The notes beneath the pieces were generated by a model. The model saw nothing but the letters and a program-made list of their open reading frames with translations, was not told the DNA's origin and ran no database searches. The translations under genes were made by a program, and so were the position numbers. Positions 1 through 9,478 of a DNA stretch of 64,000 nt are shown piece by piece. How positions within the stretch are numbered: position 1 is the stretch's first letter; each line of letters opens with the position of its first letter. The stretch is from an uncultured Pelagibacteraceae bacterium. GTDB taxonomy: Bacteria; Pseudomonadota; Alphaproteobacteria; Pelagibacterales; Pelagibacteraceae. The stretch spans positions 42,656-106,655 of the forward strand of contig CACNTB010000002.1 of assembly GCA_902623305.1 (NCBI GenBank), in the 5' to 3' direction.

Positions 1-405
1 GTTTTTATTGGCACAGTACTTGGCCTAATAATAGTTTACTTTGTAAGATTTTACTCTTTAGCTTTTAATGGAATAAAATCAGGATATGAAAAAATTAACA
101 TTTCTGTTGATGAAAGTTCTTATCTTCTTGGTTATTCTAAAAAAAAAACTTTTTTAAATATTCATATGCCTCTTTTAAGAAATTCACTTTTGTTTGTAGT
201 AATATTAATTTCTATTGAAATTGTAAGAGAATTACCAATAACTCTTATTTTAAGACCATTTAATTTTGAAACATTTGCAACAACAGCCTACATATCTGCC
301 TCTGAGGATTTGCTAGAAGCTGCTGCAGTGCCGTCACTTTTTTTGATTTTAATTGCAGCGATTTTCATTATGTTTACATCTAAATATATTCTAAGAGAAA
401 AATGA
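1..405 (+). CDS. fbpB: Fe(III) ABC transporter permease, C-terminal part (5' end outside window)
   Basis: Frame is open from base 1 (VFIGTVLGLIIVYFVRFYSLAF...VDESSYLLG...RELPITLILRPFNFETFAT), with an EAA-like loop and FbpB-type C-terminal motif; overlaps the downstream ATPase. The ORF-track start at 166 is internal. Confidence 0.85.
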   Translation, partial: VFIGTVLGLIIVYFVRFYSLAFNGIKSGYEKINISVDESSYLLGYSKKKTFLNIHMPLLRNSLLFVVILISIEIVRELPITLILRPFNFETFATTAYISASEDLLEAAAVPSLFLILIAAIFIMFTSKYILREK

Positions 406-1463
406 AAAAAAAATTTTTAGAAATAACAGATGTTAATTTCCAAATTGCTGGAAAAACTAAAGTTAAAAATGTGTCACTTTATATTGAAAATGAGGGAGAA
501 ACTTTGTGTATTCTAGGCCCATCAGGTATTGGAAAAACAACAATATTAAGAACGATAGCTGGTTTAGAAAAAGTAAACAAAGGAACAATCAAATTAAATG
601 GCAAATTATTATCCTCTAAAGATAAACATATTGAGCCTGAGTATCGAAATATATCTTTAGCCTTTCAAGATAATAGCTTATTCCCTCATTACACTGTTGA
701 GAAAAATATTTTATTAGGCGCTGAGAGAAACAAAAATATAAAAAGAAAAAAACTTAGTTTTAAAGAAATTATAAATTTACTTGACATTTCAAAGATACTT
801 AAAAAATACCCTCATGAAATAAGTGCTGGTGAAGCTCAAAGGGCCTCACTTGCAAGAGCTTTATTAACACAACCTGATCTTTTGTTATTAGATGAACCTC
901 TATCAAACGTTGATCAAAGTTTTAAAGAGGAAATTCAAGAAAGATTAAAAAAAATATTAAGCAAATTAAAAATTACGACTATAATTGTAACACATGACTC
1001 ATATGAAGCTTTTTATTTAGGTAACAAATGTGCAATTATTTTAAATGGTCATCTAAATCAATTCGATGATCCTTATAATGTATATCACTTTCCAAATTCA
1101 ATTGAGGTTGTAAATTTTTTAAATCGTGGAATTTTAATACCAGCAAAAGTAACTGGTGAAAATTCTCTTGAAAATGATGATCTAGGACTTATAGAAGGAA
1201 AATTTATCAAGCATTACCCTAAAGGTTCAAAAGTTCAATTATTATTGCAGCCAGAAGATTTAGAGCATGATGATGATAGTAATTTAAAATTAGAAGTTGT
1301 TGATAGAAAATTTAGAGGTACAAATTTTATTTATACTTTAAAAACATTAAGTGAAAGATTCATTCCTGTTCTTGTTAATACGCACCACCACAAAATTCAT
1401 GAGATAAATGATAAATTTGGAATAAAAAGACCTATACGACTTGAGCACATCGTTTGCTTTTAG
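402..1463 (+). CDS. fbpC: Fe(III) ABC transporter ATP-binding subunit
   Basis: Walker A GPSGIGKT, Walker B LLLLDEP, H-loop VTHD, C-terminal TOBE-like region; follows FbpB-type permease. Confidence 0.85.
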   Translation: MKKKFLEITDVNFQIAGKTKVKNVSLYIENEGETLCILGPSGIGKTTILRTIAGLEKVNKGTIKLNGKLLSSKDKHIEPEYRNISLAFQDNSLFPHYTVEKNILLGAERNKNIKRKKLSFKEIINLLDISKILKKYPHEISAGEAQRASLARALLTQPDLLLLDEPLSNVDQSFKEEIQERLKKILSKLKITTIIVTHDSYEAFYLGNKCAIILNGHLNQFDDPYNVYHFPNSIEVVNFLNRGILIPAKVTGENSLENDDLGLIEGKFIKHYPKGSKVQLLLQPEDLEHDDDSNLKLEVVDRKFRGTNFIYTLKTLSERFIPVLVNTHHHKIHEINDKFGIKRPIRLEHIVCF

Positions 1464-1475
1464 TAAAAGAAGAAA

Positions 1476-2162
1476 ATGCTTTCCAAAAAACAATTATTTA
1501 AAAGAGGGATGATAGATATTTCTCCTCATATGCTCTCTGTAATCCCATTTGGAATAATTTGTGGAGCAATCGGGATTGAACTTGGATTTCACCCATATTC
1601 GGTATACGCAATGTCTTTAATAATTTTTGGAGGAGCTTCACAAATAGTATTTTTACAATTGTTATCAGGTGGCGCATCTAGTTTAGTTGCTGTTGCTTCT
1701 GTTGGTATTATAAATTCTCGACATTTATTATATGGAGCAGTTTTATCTGAGTATTTAGAAAAATTATCTTTTATTAAAAAATTGTTAATTTCATATATAG
1801 TTGTAGATCAAGGCTTTGCCGAATCAAATAAGTTTTTTAAAAAAAATAGAAATGAAGAATTTTTACATTATCATTTAATTGGTACTGGTTGCACATTATG
1901 GTTTTGTTGGCAAATTGCTACATTGTCTGGAATTATATTGGGATCATTTGTGCCAGAAGAGCTTGGGTTAAAATTTACAATTCCCTTAACTTTTATTGCT
2001 ATTATTGTTCAGGATTTAAAAAAATTGGATCATGTAATTGTTATGATTACCTGTGGTTTAAGTTCTTTATTATTTTTTGATGCTCCATTTAAATCTTTCA
2101 TAATTATTTCACCATTAATTGCTTTATTTGTGGCAGCACTATTATTGAGATTAAAAAAATGA
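1476..2162 (+). CDS. azlC: AzlC family branched-chain amino acid exporter subunit
   Basis: MSLIIFGGASQ, INSRHLLYG and VVDQGFA motifs; hydrophobic; paired with azlD. Confidence 0.85.
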   Translation: MLSKKQLFKRGMIDISPHMLSVIPFGIICGAIGIELGFHPYSVYAMSLIIFGGASQIVFLQLLSGGASSLVAVASVGIINSRHLLYGAVLSEYLEKLSFIKKLLISYIVVDQGFAESNKFFKKNRNEEFLHYHLIGTGCTLWFCWQIATLSGIILGSFVPEELGLKFTIPLTFIAIIVQDLKKLDHVIVMITCGLSSLLFFDAPFKSFIIISPLIALFVAALLLRLKK

Positions 2163-2476
2163 CAGTTACAACAATTATTTTTGCTGGAATATTAACTTAC
2201 TTTACTAGAATGACTATGATCGCTTTGATAAGTAGAGATATGTTGGGCGATAAAATAAAAGCAGTGTTGGAATATGTCCCTTCTGCAGTATTCCCAGCTA
2301 TAATATTTCCAGGAATATTTATAAATGATTTTGGAACCTTTATAGAAATGAATGATCCAAAAATTTTTGGAGCGTTAGTTGCAGTAATCGTAGGTTATTT
2401 GTCAAAAAACATTATTGCAACAATATCATCTGGATTAGTTTCTTATTGGTTTTTAATATTTGTTGTATTTAATTAG
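2159..2476 (+). CDS. azlD: AzlD family small membrane subunit
   Basis: GILTYFTR and LEYVPSAVFPAII motifs; ATGA overlap with azlC. Confidence 0.8.
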   Translation: MTVTTIIFAGILTYFTRMTMIALISRDMLGDKIKAVLEYVPSAVFPAIIFPGIFINDFGTFIEMNDPKIFGALVAVIVGYLSKNIIATISSGLVSYWFLIFVVFN

Positions 2477-3152
2477 AACCTAACTTAATATTTCTACTTA
2501 CATTGATATCAATTAATTTTGGTTTTGCTAAATTAAGATTTGTCATAAGCTCAATATACTCATCAACATTTTTAACCTGCAATCTTGGATTAAATTTTTT
2601 TTCATTACCAATTGTGCTAGATACTTTGCCGTTATAATCATGACCAGGATACAAAATGGTATCCTCAGGTAATTTTAACAATCTATTAAAGATCGAATTA
2701 TAAGCATCCTTCGAACTACCATTTTGAAAATCAGTTCTACCAGTTCCATTTATTAAAAGGGTATCTCCTGAAAATAAATATTTATTCATTAAGAAACTAT
2801 AACTGTCAGAAGTGTGTCCCGGAGTATACATTGCTTTAATTTCCAATTGATCTATTTTAATTATATCGTCATCTTTTAATTTTATATCTACAGTATCTGC
2901 TGGAGTGTGTTCTCCCATAATAGTAGAACAATTTGTAGATTGTTTTAATTTTGATGCACCAGTAACATGATCTGCGTGGATGTGTGTATCAATTACTTTG
3001 ACTAGTTTTAAATCTAATTCTTGAAGTAACTTAATATAGCTTTCAACATTCTCAATTACTGGATCAATTATGACTGCTTCGCGACCTTTTGCCGACGCAA
3101 TTAAATAAGTATAAGTTGATGATTTATTATCGAAAACTTGTCTAAAAATCAT
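2469..3152 (-). CDS. ETHE1-type persulfide dioxygenase (MBL-fold)
   Basis: IFRQVFD..SSTYTY start, THIHADH, TPGHT, GTGRTDF, YPGHDY..STIGNEKKFNPRL motifs typical of ETHE1/Sdo. Confidence 0.8.
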   Translation of the reverse strand: MIFRQVFDNKSSTYTYLIASAKGREAVIIDPVIENVESYIKLLQELDLKLVKVIDTHIHADHVTGASKLKQSTNCSTIMGEHTPADTVDIKLKDDDIIKIDQLEIKAMYTPGHTSDSYSFLMNKYLFSGDTLLINGTGRTDFQNGSSKDAYNSIFNRLLKLPEDTILYPGHDYNGKVSSTIGNEKKFNPRLQVKNVDEYIELMTNLNLAKPKLIDINVSRNIKLGSN

Positions 3153-3174
3153 TTATCATTAATATCAAATTATA

Positions 3175-3612
3175 ATGAATACCTCTACATTTCATTGGTC
3201 TTGTAGACATACATGGAAAAGAAGTGCAAAAAATACAGCCTGGTGTGTACTTGGTTGTGCAATTGGAGATTTTGGAACAATATTATTTTTTCAATTAACT
3301 CAAATTTCTTTTCCAGTCTTAGGAATAATGCTTTTAGCAATCATTAATGGATTAATCACAAGTATTATTTTAGAAACAATAATTTTAATGACACAAAATT
3401 TTAATTTTATTAACGCATTCAAAACAGCTTGTGGTATGAGTTTAATTTCAATGATTAGTATGGAAATCATGATGAATTTAACTGACTATGTTTTAACTGG
3501 AGGAGCAATTTTAACATGGTGGGTTGTGCCAATAATGCTGATTGTAGGTTTTTTAACTCCTTGGCCTTATAATTATTGGAGATTAAAAAAATTTGGAATT
3601 GCTTGTCATTAA
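3175..3612 (+). CDS. DUF4396-like membrane protein
   Basis: TAWCVLGCAIGD and GFLTPWPYNYWRL motifs, about 4 TM segments. Confidence 0.65.
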   Translation: MNTSTFHWSCRHTWKRSAKNTAWCVLGCAIGDFGTILFFQLTQISFPVLGIMLLAIINGLITSIILETIILMTQNFNFINAFKTACGMSLISMISMEIMMNLTDYVLTGGAILTWWVVPIMLIVGFLTPWPYNYWRLKKFGIACH

Positions 3613-3614
3613 TA

Positions 3615-4142
3615 TTAAAGAATTCTTTTTAATAAATTGTCCCCAAAAAATAGTTTGTGAATAATAACAGCAGTTATATGAAGCGCTATTAAACCGATAA
3701 GGGTATAATTTGAAAGAATATGGATTTCATAAAACTGATCTGCTAAATCAAAATTTTCATTTATTTGAATTTCTCTAAACAATATTATTAATGTTTCTCC
3801 GTTAAATAGTTTTTTTAATATTCCTGAAATTGTTATTGATAAAATAGCAATATATAAAAGAACATGGTTCATCTTTGCAAGAAACCTTTGTCCTTTAAAA
3901 ATACTTGGATCTAATTTTGGAGTTGGATTAAGTATATTATTTATTAATCTGATTATTATTATATAAAAAACAGTTAAACCTAGCGTGACGTGGACATCTT
4001 CAATAGTTATTCGTTGTTCACCAAAATCTAAATCAACCAGATAAAACCCTAAAGGTATTTGTATCAAAAGAATGATTGCGCTGAGCCAATGTAACACCTT
4101 TGAGACAATGCCATACTCTGCTAAAGTATTTGTTAGATGCAT
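3615..4142 (-). CDS. Cytochrome b561 (CybB-like)
   Basis: YG..SKVLHWLSA start, further His in TM helices, C-terminal LHITAVIIH..DNLLKRI. Confidence 0.85.
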   Translation of the reverse strand: MHLTNTLAEYGIVSKVLHWLSAIILLIQIPLGFYLVDLDFGEQRITIEDVHVTLGLTVFYIIIIRLINNILNPTPKLDPSIFKGQRFLAKMNHVLLYIAILSITISGILKKLFNGETLIILFREIQINENFDLADQFYEIHILSNYTLIGLIALHITAVIIHKLFFGDNLLKRIL

Positions 4143-4604
4143 TACTTATTTAATCACATAAAAAAATATATTAAAATAATTTTATTCTCATTTTTAAGCT
4201 TGTTTTTCGTCTCTTACTCCAATGCTGAGTTAACAGTTGAGGATATTATTAAAAGCAGGCAAGCATTGTTTAGTAAAAACTATAGTACAGCCAAAAGAGT
4301 TCAAGCTTTCTCATCAAAAGGAGATTTTGAAAAAGTAAAAAAACTTATGACAGAAATGAGTGAAAATTATAAAGTTTTAATAGATTTATTTCCCGAAAAT
4401 ACGCAAGAGGGTTTTGATACAGGAGCCTTATTCACTATTTGGGATGAAAAAGATGAATTTAATGCATTAATGGCAAAAGCATCTGACGATATGATAAAAC
4501 TTATATCTGTAATTGAAGATGCTGAGGATATAAGAGGTACTCTTAAAAAATTTATGTGGAGTAATTGTAAAGCTTGCCACAGCAAGTATAGAGAACCACA
4601 TTAG
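4137..4604 (+). CDS. Periplasmic class II cytochrome c (c'/c556)
   Basis: Signal peptide, IIKSRQ, IWDEKDEF and C-terminal CKACH heme motif; exact start uncertain. Confidence 0.85.
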   Translation: MHYLFNHIKKYIKIILFSFLSLFFVSYSNAELTVEDIIKSRQALFSKNYSTAKRVQAFSSKGDFEKVKKLMTEMSENYKVLIDLFPENTQEGFDTGALFTIWDEKDEFNALMAKASDDMIKLISVIEDAEDIRGTLKKFMWSNCKACHSKYREPH

Positions 4605-4619
4605 TTACTAATATTAAAG

Positions 4620-5132
4620 ATGATACCTCAAAAAGTTAAAGATCACATTGAAGAATATATTAGCCAAGAAGTTTATGTTCAAATAGCTATCATTAAAGGT
4701 AAAGAAAAAGTTTCGACAGAAATAGCAATAGATAAGTATTTTAATACAAATCATTTTAGAGATTTTTCAGAGGGTAAACCTTATTTTCATTTTATTGACG
4801 GTTTAAGGGATAAATGTCTTGGAAAACTTAAGAATTCTCCTATGAGAGATAAAGACACTGAAGACGAGACTATAAAATCATTACAAAAAAAACTAAACGA
4901 GTTGAGTGGCGATGAGCTTGAAAATACATATTGGGAAATAGAAACAGGAGAATTTTTTTCTGGTGATCAAATAAAAGAATTAGAAAAAAATTGTGATGAA
5001 TTAATTAAAAGACTTAATATTTTAAATAAAAAAGAAGCTCAAAAAACTATCATGAGTTTTTGTGAGAACTATGAAAAGTTGTGCCAAAAAAAAAACCCAG
5101 AAGCTCCACTACCACTAGAAATATTGAAATAA
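4620..5132 (+). CDS. Hypothetical acidic soluble protein
   Basis: 170-aa ORF filling the gap, co-oriented with neighbours; no motif recognised. Confidence 0.6.
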   Translation: MIPQKVKDHIEEYISQEVYVQIAIIKGKEKVSTEIAIDKYFNTNHFRDFSEGKPYFHFIDGLRDKCLGKLKNSPMRDKDTEDETIKSLQKKLNELSGDELENTYWEIETGEFFSGDQIKELEKNCDELIKRLNILNKKEAQKTIMSFCENYEKLCQKKNPEAPLPLEILK

Positions 5133-5148
5133 AACATTATAATTATTC

Positions 5149-6933
5149 ATGCCTAAAAAAAGAAAAAAGAGCTTTAGAAGCCAAAAATGGTTTAATAATC
5201 CAAAAAATCCAGACATGACAGCGCTATATTTAGAGAGATATCTAAACTATGGTCTGACTAGAAAAGAGTTGCAATCTGGAAACCCAATTATAGGAATAGC
5301 ACAGTCAGGAAGTGATCTTTCTCCATGTAATAGGCATTTTTTATCTTTAAGTAAAAGAATTAAAGATGGGATAAGAAGAGCGGGCGGAATTCCAATGGAA
5401 TTTCCAACTCACCCAATTCAAGAAACAGGCAAAAGGCCAACTGCTATGCTAGACAGAAATTTGTCATACCTGTCATTAGTTGAAGTTTTGTATGGATATC
5501 CAATCGATGGAGTTATTTTAACAACAGGATGTGATAAAACAACACCAGCGGCTTTAATGGCGGCTGCTACAGTAAATATTCCTTCAATAGTTTTATCAGG
5601 TGGGCCAATGCTAGATGGAATTTATAAAGGAAAATTAGCTGGATCAGGAATGATAGTATGGGAAGCAAGAAAGATGTTAGCAAAAGGTGAAATAAATTAT
5701 GATGAATTTATGGATATGGTTGCTTCTTCTGCGCCGAGTACAGGACATTGTAACACTATGGGAACAGCATCTTCTATGAATTCTGTTGCTGAAGCTTTAG
5801 GTATGTCTTTACCTGGTGGCGCCGTTATACCAGCACCTTACAGAGAAAGAGAACAAATTTCTTATGAAACCGGCAAAAGAATTGTTGGAATGGTTTATGA
5901 AGATTTAACTCCTTCAAAAATTATGACACGTAAAGCTTTTGAAAACGCCGTTGTTGTTGCAAGTGCAATAGGAGGCTCTAGTAATTGTACAACTCACTTA
6001 AGTGCAATTGCAAAACATATGGGAATCAAATTTGATTTATCTGATTGGCAAAAATTAGGTCACAATATTCCTTTGATTGTTAATTGTCAGCCAGCAGGTG
6101 AATATCTTATGGAAAGTTTCCATAGAGCAGGAGCAATACCAGCTGTGATGAAAGAGTTAATTAAAAACAAGAAAATACATACTAATATTAAAACTGTTAC
6201 AGGAAAAACTGTTGGTCAAAACTTAAGAAAAAAAGTTGATGTTGATCCAAAAGTTATTAAATCATTTAAAACTTCATTAGCAGAAAAAGCGGGATTTTTA
6301 GTGATGAAAAGTAATTTTTTTTCATCTGCAATTATGAAAACATCTGTAATTAGTAAAGAATTTAGAAGTGCATATTTATCTAATCCTAAACATCCAAATG
6401 TTTTCAACGGCAGAGCGGTTGTTTTTGAAGGTCCTGAAGATTACCATAAGAGATTGAACAGTAAAAAATTAAAAATTAATGAAAAATCAATTTTAATAAT
6501 TAGGGGCTGTGGACCTGTGGGATATCCCGGATCTGCTGAAGTAGTAAATATGCAACCACCTGACAGATTGTTGAAAAAGGGTATTAGACATTTGCCAACC
6601 CTTGGCGATGGAAGACAAAGCGGAACATCAGAAAGCCCTTCAATACTTCATGTATCACCTGAATCTGCAGTTGGAGGAGATTTAGGAATAGTTAAAACAG
6701 GTGATAAAATGAAAATTGACCTAAATAAAAGAAGAGTTGATTTAATGATTACTAAATTAGAATTTAAAAAAAGACGAAAAAATAAAAAGAAGTTTAAAGC
6801 AAATAACCAAACACCCTGGCAAGAAATTTTTAGAAATACTGTAAGTCAATTAGATGATGGTGCATGTATAAATTTAAGAGAAAAATATATGAATGTATCG
6901 AACACTAAAGGTATACCTAGGGACTCGCATTAA
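5149..6933 (+). CDS. IlvD/Edd family sugar-acid dehydratase (XylD-like subgroup)
   Basis: N-terminus RSQKWFNNP..DMTALYLERYLNYGLTR.ELQSG, Fe-S Cys motifs PCN, CDKT, GHCNTMGTAS, DGRQSGTS, C-terminal PRDSH; resembles xylonate/pentonate dehydratases. Confidence 0.85.
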   Translation: MPKKRKKSFRSQKWFNNPKNPDMTALYLERYLNYGLTRKELQSGNPIIGIAQSGSDLSPCNRHFLSLSKRIKDGIRRAGGIPMEFPTHPIQETGKRPTAMLDRNLSYLSLVEVLYGYPIDGVILTTGCDKTTPAALMAAATVNIPSIVLSGGPMLDGIYKGKLAGSGMIVWEARKMLAKGEINYDEFMDMVASSAPSTGHCNTMGTASSMNSVAEALGMSLPGGAVIPAPYREREQISYETGKRIVGMVYEDLTPSKIMTRKAFENAVVVASAIGGSSNCTTHLSAIAKHMGIKFDLSDWQKLGHNIPLIVNCQPAGEYLMESFHRAGAIPAVMKELIKNKKIHTNIKTVTGKTVGQNLRKKVDVDPKVIKSFKTSLAEKAGFLVMKSNFFSSAIMKTSVISKEFRSAYLSNPKHPNVFNGRAVVFEGPEDYHKRLNSKKLKINEKSILIIRGCGPVGYPGSAEVVNMQPPDRLLKKGIRHLPTLGDGRQSGTSESPSILHVSPESAVGGDLGIVKTGDKMKIDLNKRRVDLMITKLEFKKRRKNKKKFKANNQTPWQEIFRNTVSQLDDGACINLREKYMNVSNTKGIPRDSH

Positions 6934-6934
6934 A

Positions 6935-7804
6935 ATGATAAAAGTTGGCTTTATAGGAACTGGCCTAATGGGCTTTCCGATGGCAAAAAACTTATTAAAT
7001 TCAGGAATAAAATTAAAAGCATTTAATAGAACAATTACTAAAGCCGAACCATTAAAAGAGTTTGGTGCAGAAATATCAGATACTTTAGTTGATGTTGTTA
7101 AAGATAATGATTTTACTATAACAATGTTGACAGATGATACTGCAGTTGAAGCAATAATGAGTCATTCTGATTTCTTGGAGAATTTAAAACCTGGGTCAAC
7201 GGTTATTGATATGAGCTCAATAAAACCAACTACTGCAACTAAATTTGGAAATATATTAAAATCAAAAAATATTTACTATTTGGATGCTCCTGTTTCAGGA
7301 GGAACTATTGGTGCTGAAGAGGCCTCATTAGCAATAATGATTGGTGGTGAACAGAGTGTTTTTGATAATTCTAAAGGTATTTTAAAAGCTATGGGAAATC
7401 CAACTTTGGTAGGTCCTATTGGAAGTGGACAAGTCTCAAAGTTAGCAAATCAAATAGTTGTAGGAGTTACAATAGGAGCAGTTGCTGAAGCAATAACCTT
7501 ATGTGAAAAAGCGGGAGCTGATCCATTTAAATTAATTAAAGCTTTATCAGGTGGATGGGCAGATAGCAAGATTTTACAAACTCACGGAAAAAGAATGATT
7601 GAAAAAGATTTTAGCCCTAAAGGAAAAACTTCTACACATTTTAAAGATATGAACAATATTTTAGATTGTGCAAAATCATATAATACGCACTTACCTATTT
7701 CAAATTTGGTGAAAGAAATGTATAAGTCTTTAGTTGATAATGGTCACGGAAATACTGATCATAGCTCACTTTATAAAGAGATTGAAAGGATAAATAAAAA
7801 ATGA
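6935..7804 (+). CDS. Beta-hydroxyacid dehydrogenase (2-hydroxy-3-oxopropionate reductase / 3HIBADH family)
   Basis: GFIGTGLMGFPMA, DAPVSGG, KLANQ; start reassigned to ATG 6935 just after the upstream stop. Confidence 0.8.
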   Translation: MIKVGFIGTGLMGFPMAKNLLNSGIKLKAFNRTITKAEPLKEFGAEISDTLVDVVKDNDFTITMLTDDTAVEAIMSHSDFLENLKPGSTVIDMSSIKPTTATKFGNILKSKNIYYLDAPVSGGTIGAEEASLAIMIGGEQSVFDNSKGILKAMGNPTLVGPIGSGQVSKLANQIVVGVTIGAVAEAITLCEKAGADPFKLIKALSGGWADSKILQTHGKRMIEKDFSPKGKTSTHFKDMNNILDCAKSYNTHLPISNLVKEMYKSLVDNGHGNTDHSSLYKEIERINKK

Positions 7805-8544
7805 GCAAGAGATTAATAGAAAAAAAAATTATTGTTACTGCTGCAGGTCAAGGAATTGGAAAAGCAACGGCAATTGCTTTCTATAAAGAAGGCGCACATG
7901 TAATTGCTACTGACTTAAATGAAAAAACTTTAGCTGATTTAAACAAAGAATATCCTGAGATTAATGTACAAAAGCTAGATTCAACTGATAATAATGCAAT
8001 TTTAGAATTTACTAAATCTTTAGATAGAGTTGATGTTTTGTTAAATGCTGTTGGATTTGTTCATCATGGGACAATATTAGATTGTGAAGAGAAAGATTGG
8101 GATTTTTCTTCTAATGTAAATGTAAAATCAATGTACTTTATGTGTAAAGCTATTTTACCTTTGATGATAAAACAAAATGGTGGAAGTATTATTAATATAT
8201 CTTCATGCGCATCCAGTTTTAAGGGTTTTCCAAATAGATTTGTATATGGAACTACAAAAGGTGCTGTTATTGGTTTGACAAAAGCAATTGCTGCAGATTT
8301 TGTAAAAAAAAATATTAGATGTAACTCAATAGCACCAGGGACAGTTTTTTCACCTTCTTGGCAGGATAGGGTTAATCAAAGTCCAGATCCTGTTCAAGCC
8401 AAAAAAGATTTTATTGCAAGACAACCAATGGGTAGATTAGGCACTGCTGAAGAAATTGCGGCAGTAGCAGTATATTTAGCAAGTGATGACGCAACATTTA
8501 CGACAGGAACGACAATTTCAGTTGATGGTGGAATTTCAATATAA
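7801..8544 (+). CDS. SDR, 2-keto-3-deoxy-L-fuconate dehydrogenase/BDH2-like
   Basis: TAAGQGIG, GFVHHGTILDC, NRFVYGTTKGAV, FIARQPMGRLG signature of this subfamily. Confidence 0.8.
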   Translation: MSKRLIEKKIIVTAAGQGIGKATAIAFYKEGAHVIATDLNEKTLADLNKEYPEINVQKLDSTDNNAILEFTKSLDRVDVLLNAVGFVHHGTILDCEEKDWDFSSNVNVKSMYFMCKAILPLMIKQNGGSIINISSCASSFKGFPNRFVYGTTKGAVIGLTKAIAADFVKKNIRCNSIAPGTVFSPSWQDRVNQSPDPVQAKKDFIARQPMGRLGTAEEIAAVAVYLASDDATFTTGTTISVDGGISI

Positions 8545-8565
8545 TCAAATAACAAAAGGGAAATT

Positions 8566-9408
8566 ATGAAACTATTAAGATTAGGACAAAAAGGCAAAGA
8601 AAAGCCAGCTGTTTTAGATAATGAAGGTAAAATTAGAGATATAAGTTCACATGTTGAAGATTTAAATCCACATTATCTAAATTTTGAGACTATTTCTAAA
8701 TTACAAGGTACTGACCTATCTACATTACCAGAATTACCGTCAACAGAGAGAATTGGTTCATGCATTACAAAACCGGGAAAATTTGTAGCTATAGGACTTA
8801 ATTTTTCTGATCATGCAAAAGAATCAAATTTACCAGTCCCAACTGAACCAATTACTTTCATGAAAGCTACAAGTTCAATTAATGGACCAAACGATGATAT
8901 TGAACTTGTTTCAGGTTCAAAAAAACTTGATTGGGAAGTAGAATTAGGAATTGTAATTGGCAAACAGACAAAGCATATTTCTGAAAATCAATCACAAGAT
9001 CATATTTTGGGCTATTGTTTAGTAAACGATATTAGTGAAAGAGAATGGCAAATTGAAAAAATGGGTCAATGGGTTAAGGGAAAATCACATGATACATATG
9101 GACCAATTGGACCTTATTTAGTTACAAAAGATGAAATTACTGATGTCAATAATTTAAAAATGAGTTTAGATGTTAATGGCAAAAGAATGCAAACAGGTAA
9201 TACAAGCACAATGATATTTAACGTTAATTTTATTGTATCTTATTTAAGCAAATATATGTCTCTCCAAGCGGGTGATGTTATTACAACTGGAACACCCCCA
9301 GGTGTTGGTATGGGAATGAAGCCCCAACAGTTCTTGAAAGCTGGTGATACAATGAAATTGTCAATTGAAAATCTTGGGGAACAAAACTCTAAAGTGGTTA
9401 CTCTATAA
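8566..9408 (+). CDS. Fumarylacetoacetate hydrolase family protein (2,4-diketo acid hydrolase-like)
   Basis: MKLLRLG.KGKEKP, IGLNFSDH, DWEVELG, NDISEREWQ, GDVITTGTPPGVG. Confidence 0.85.
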   Translation: MKLLRLGQKGKEKPAVLDNEGKIRDISSHVEDLNPHYLNFETISKLQGTDLSTLPELPSTERIGSCITKPGKFVAIGLNFSDHAKESNLPVPTEPITFMKATSSINGPNDDIELVSGSKKLDWEVELGIVIGKQTKHISENQSQDHILGYCLVNDISEREWQIEKMGQWVKGKSHDTYGPIGPYLVTKDEITDVNNLKMSLDVNGKRMQTGNTSTMIFNVNFIVSYLSKYMSLQAGDVITTGTPPGVGMGMKPQQFLKAGDTMKLSIENLGEQNSKVVTL

Positions 9409-9478
9409 TTTAAAAATATATGATTTAAAATTTGATTATTTTATACTAATTATAATTTTCATCACTATACAATTTATA

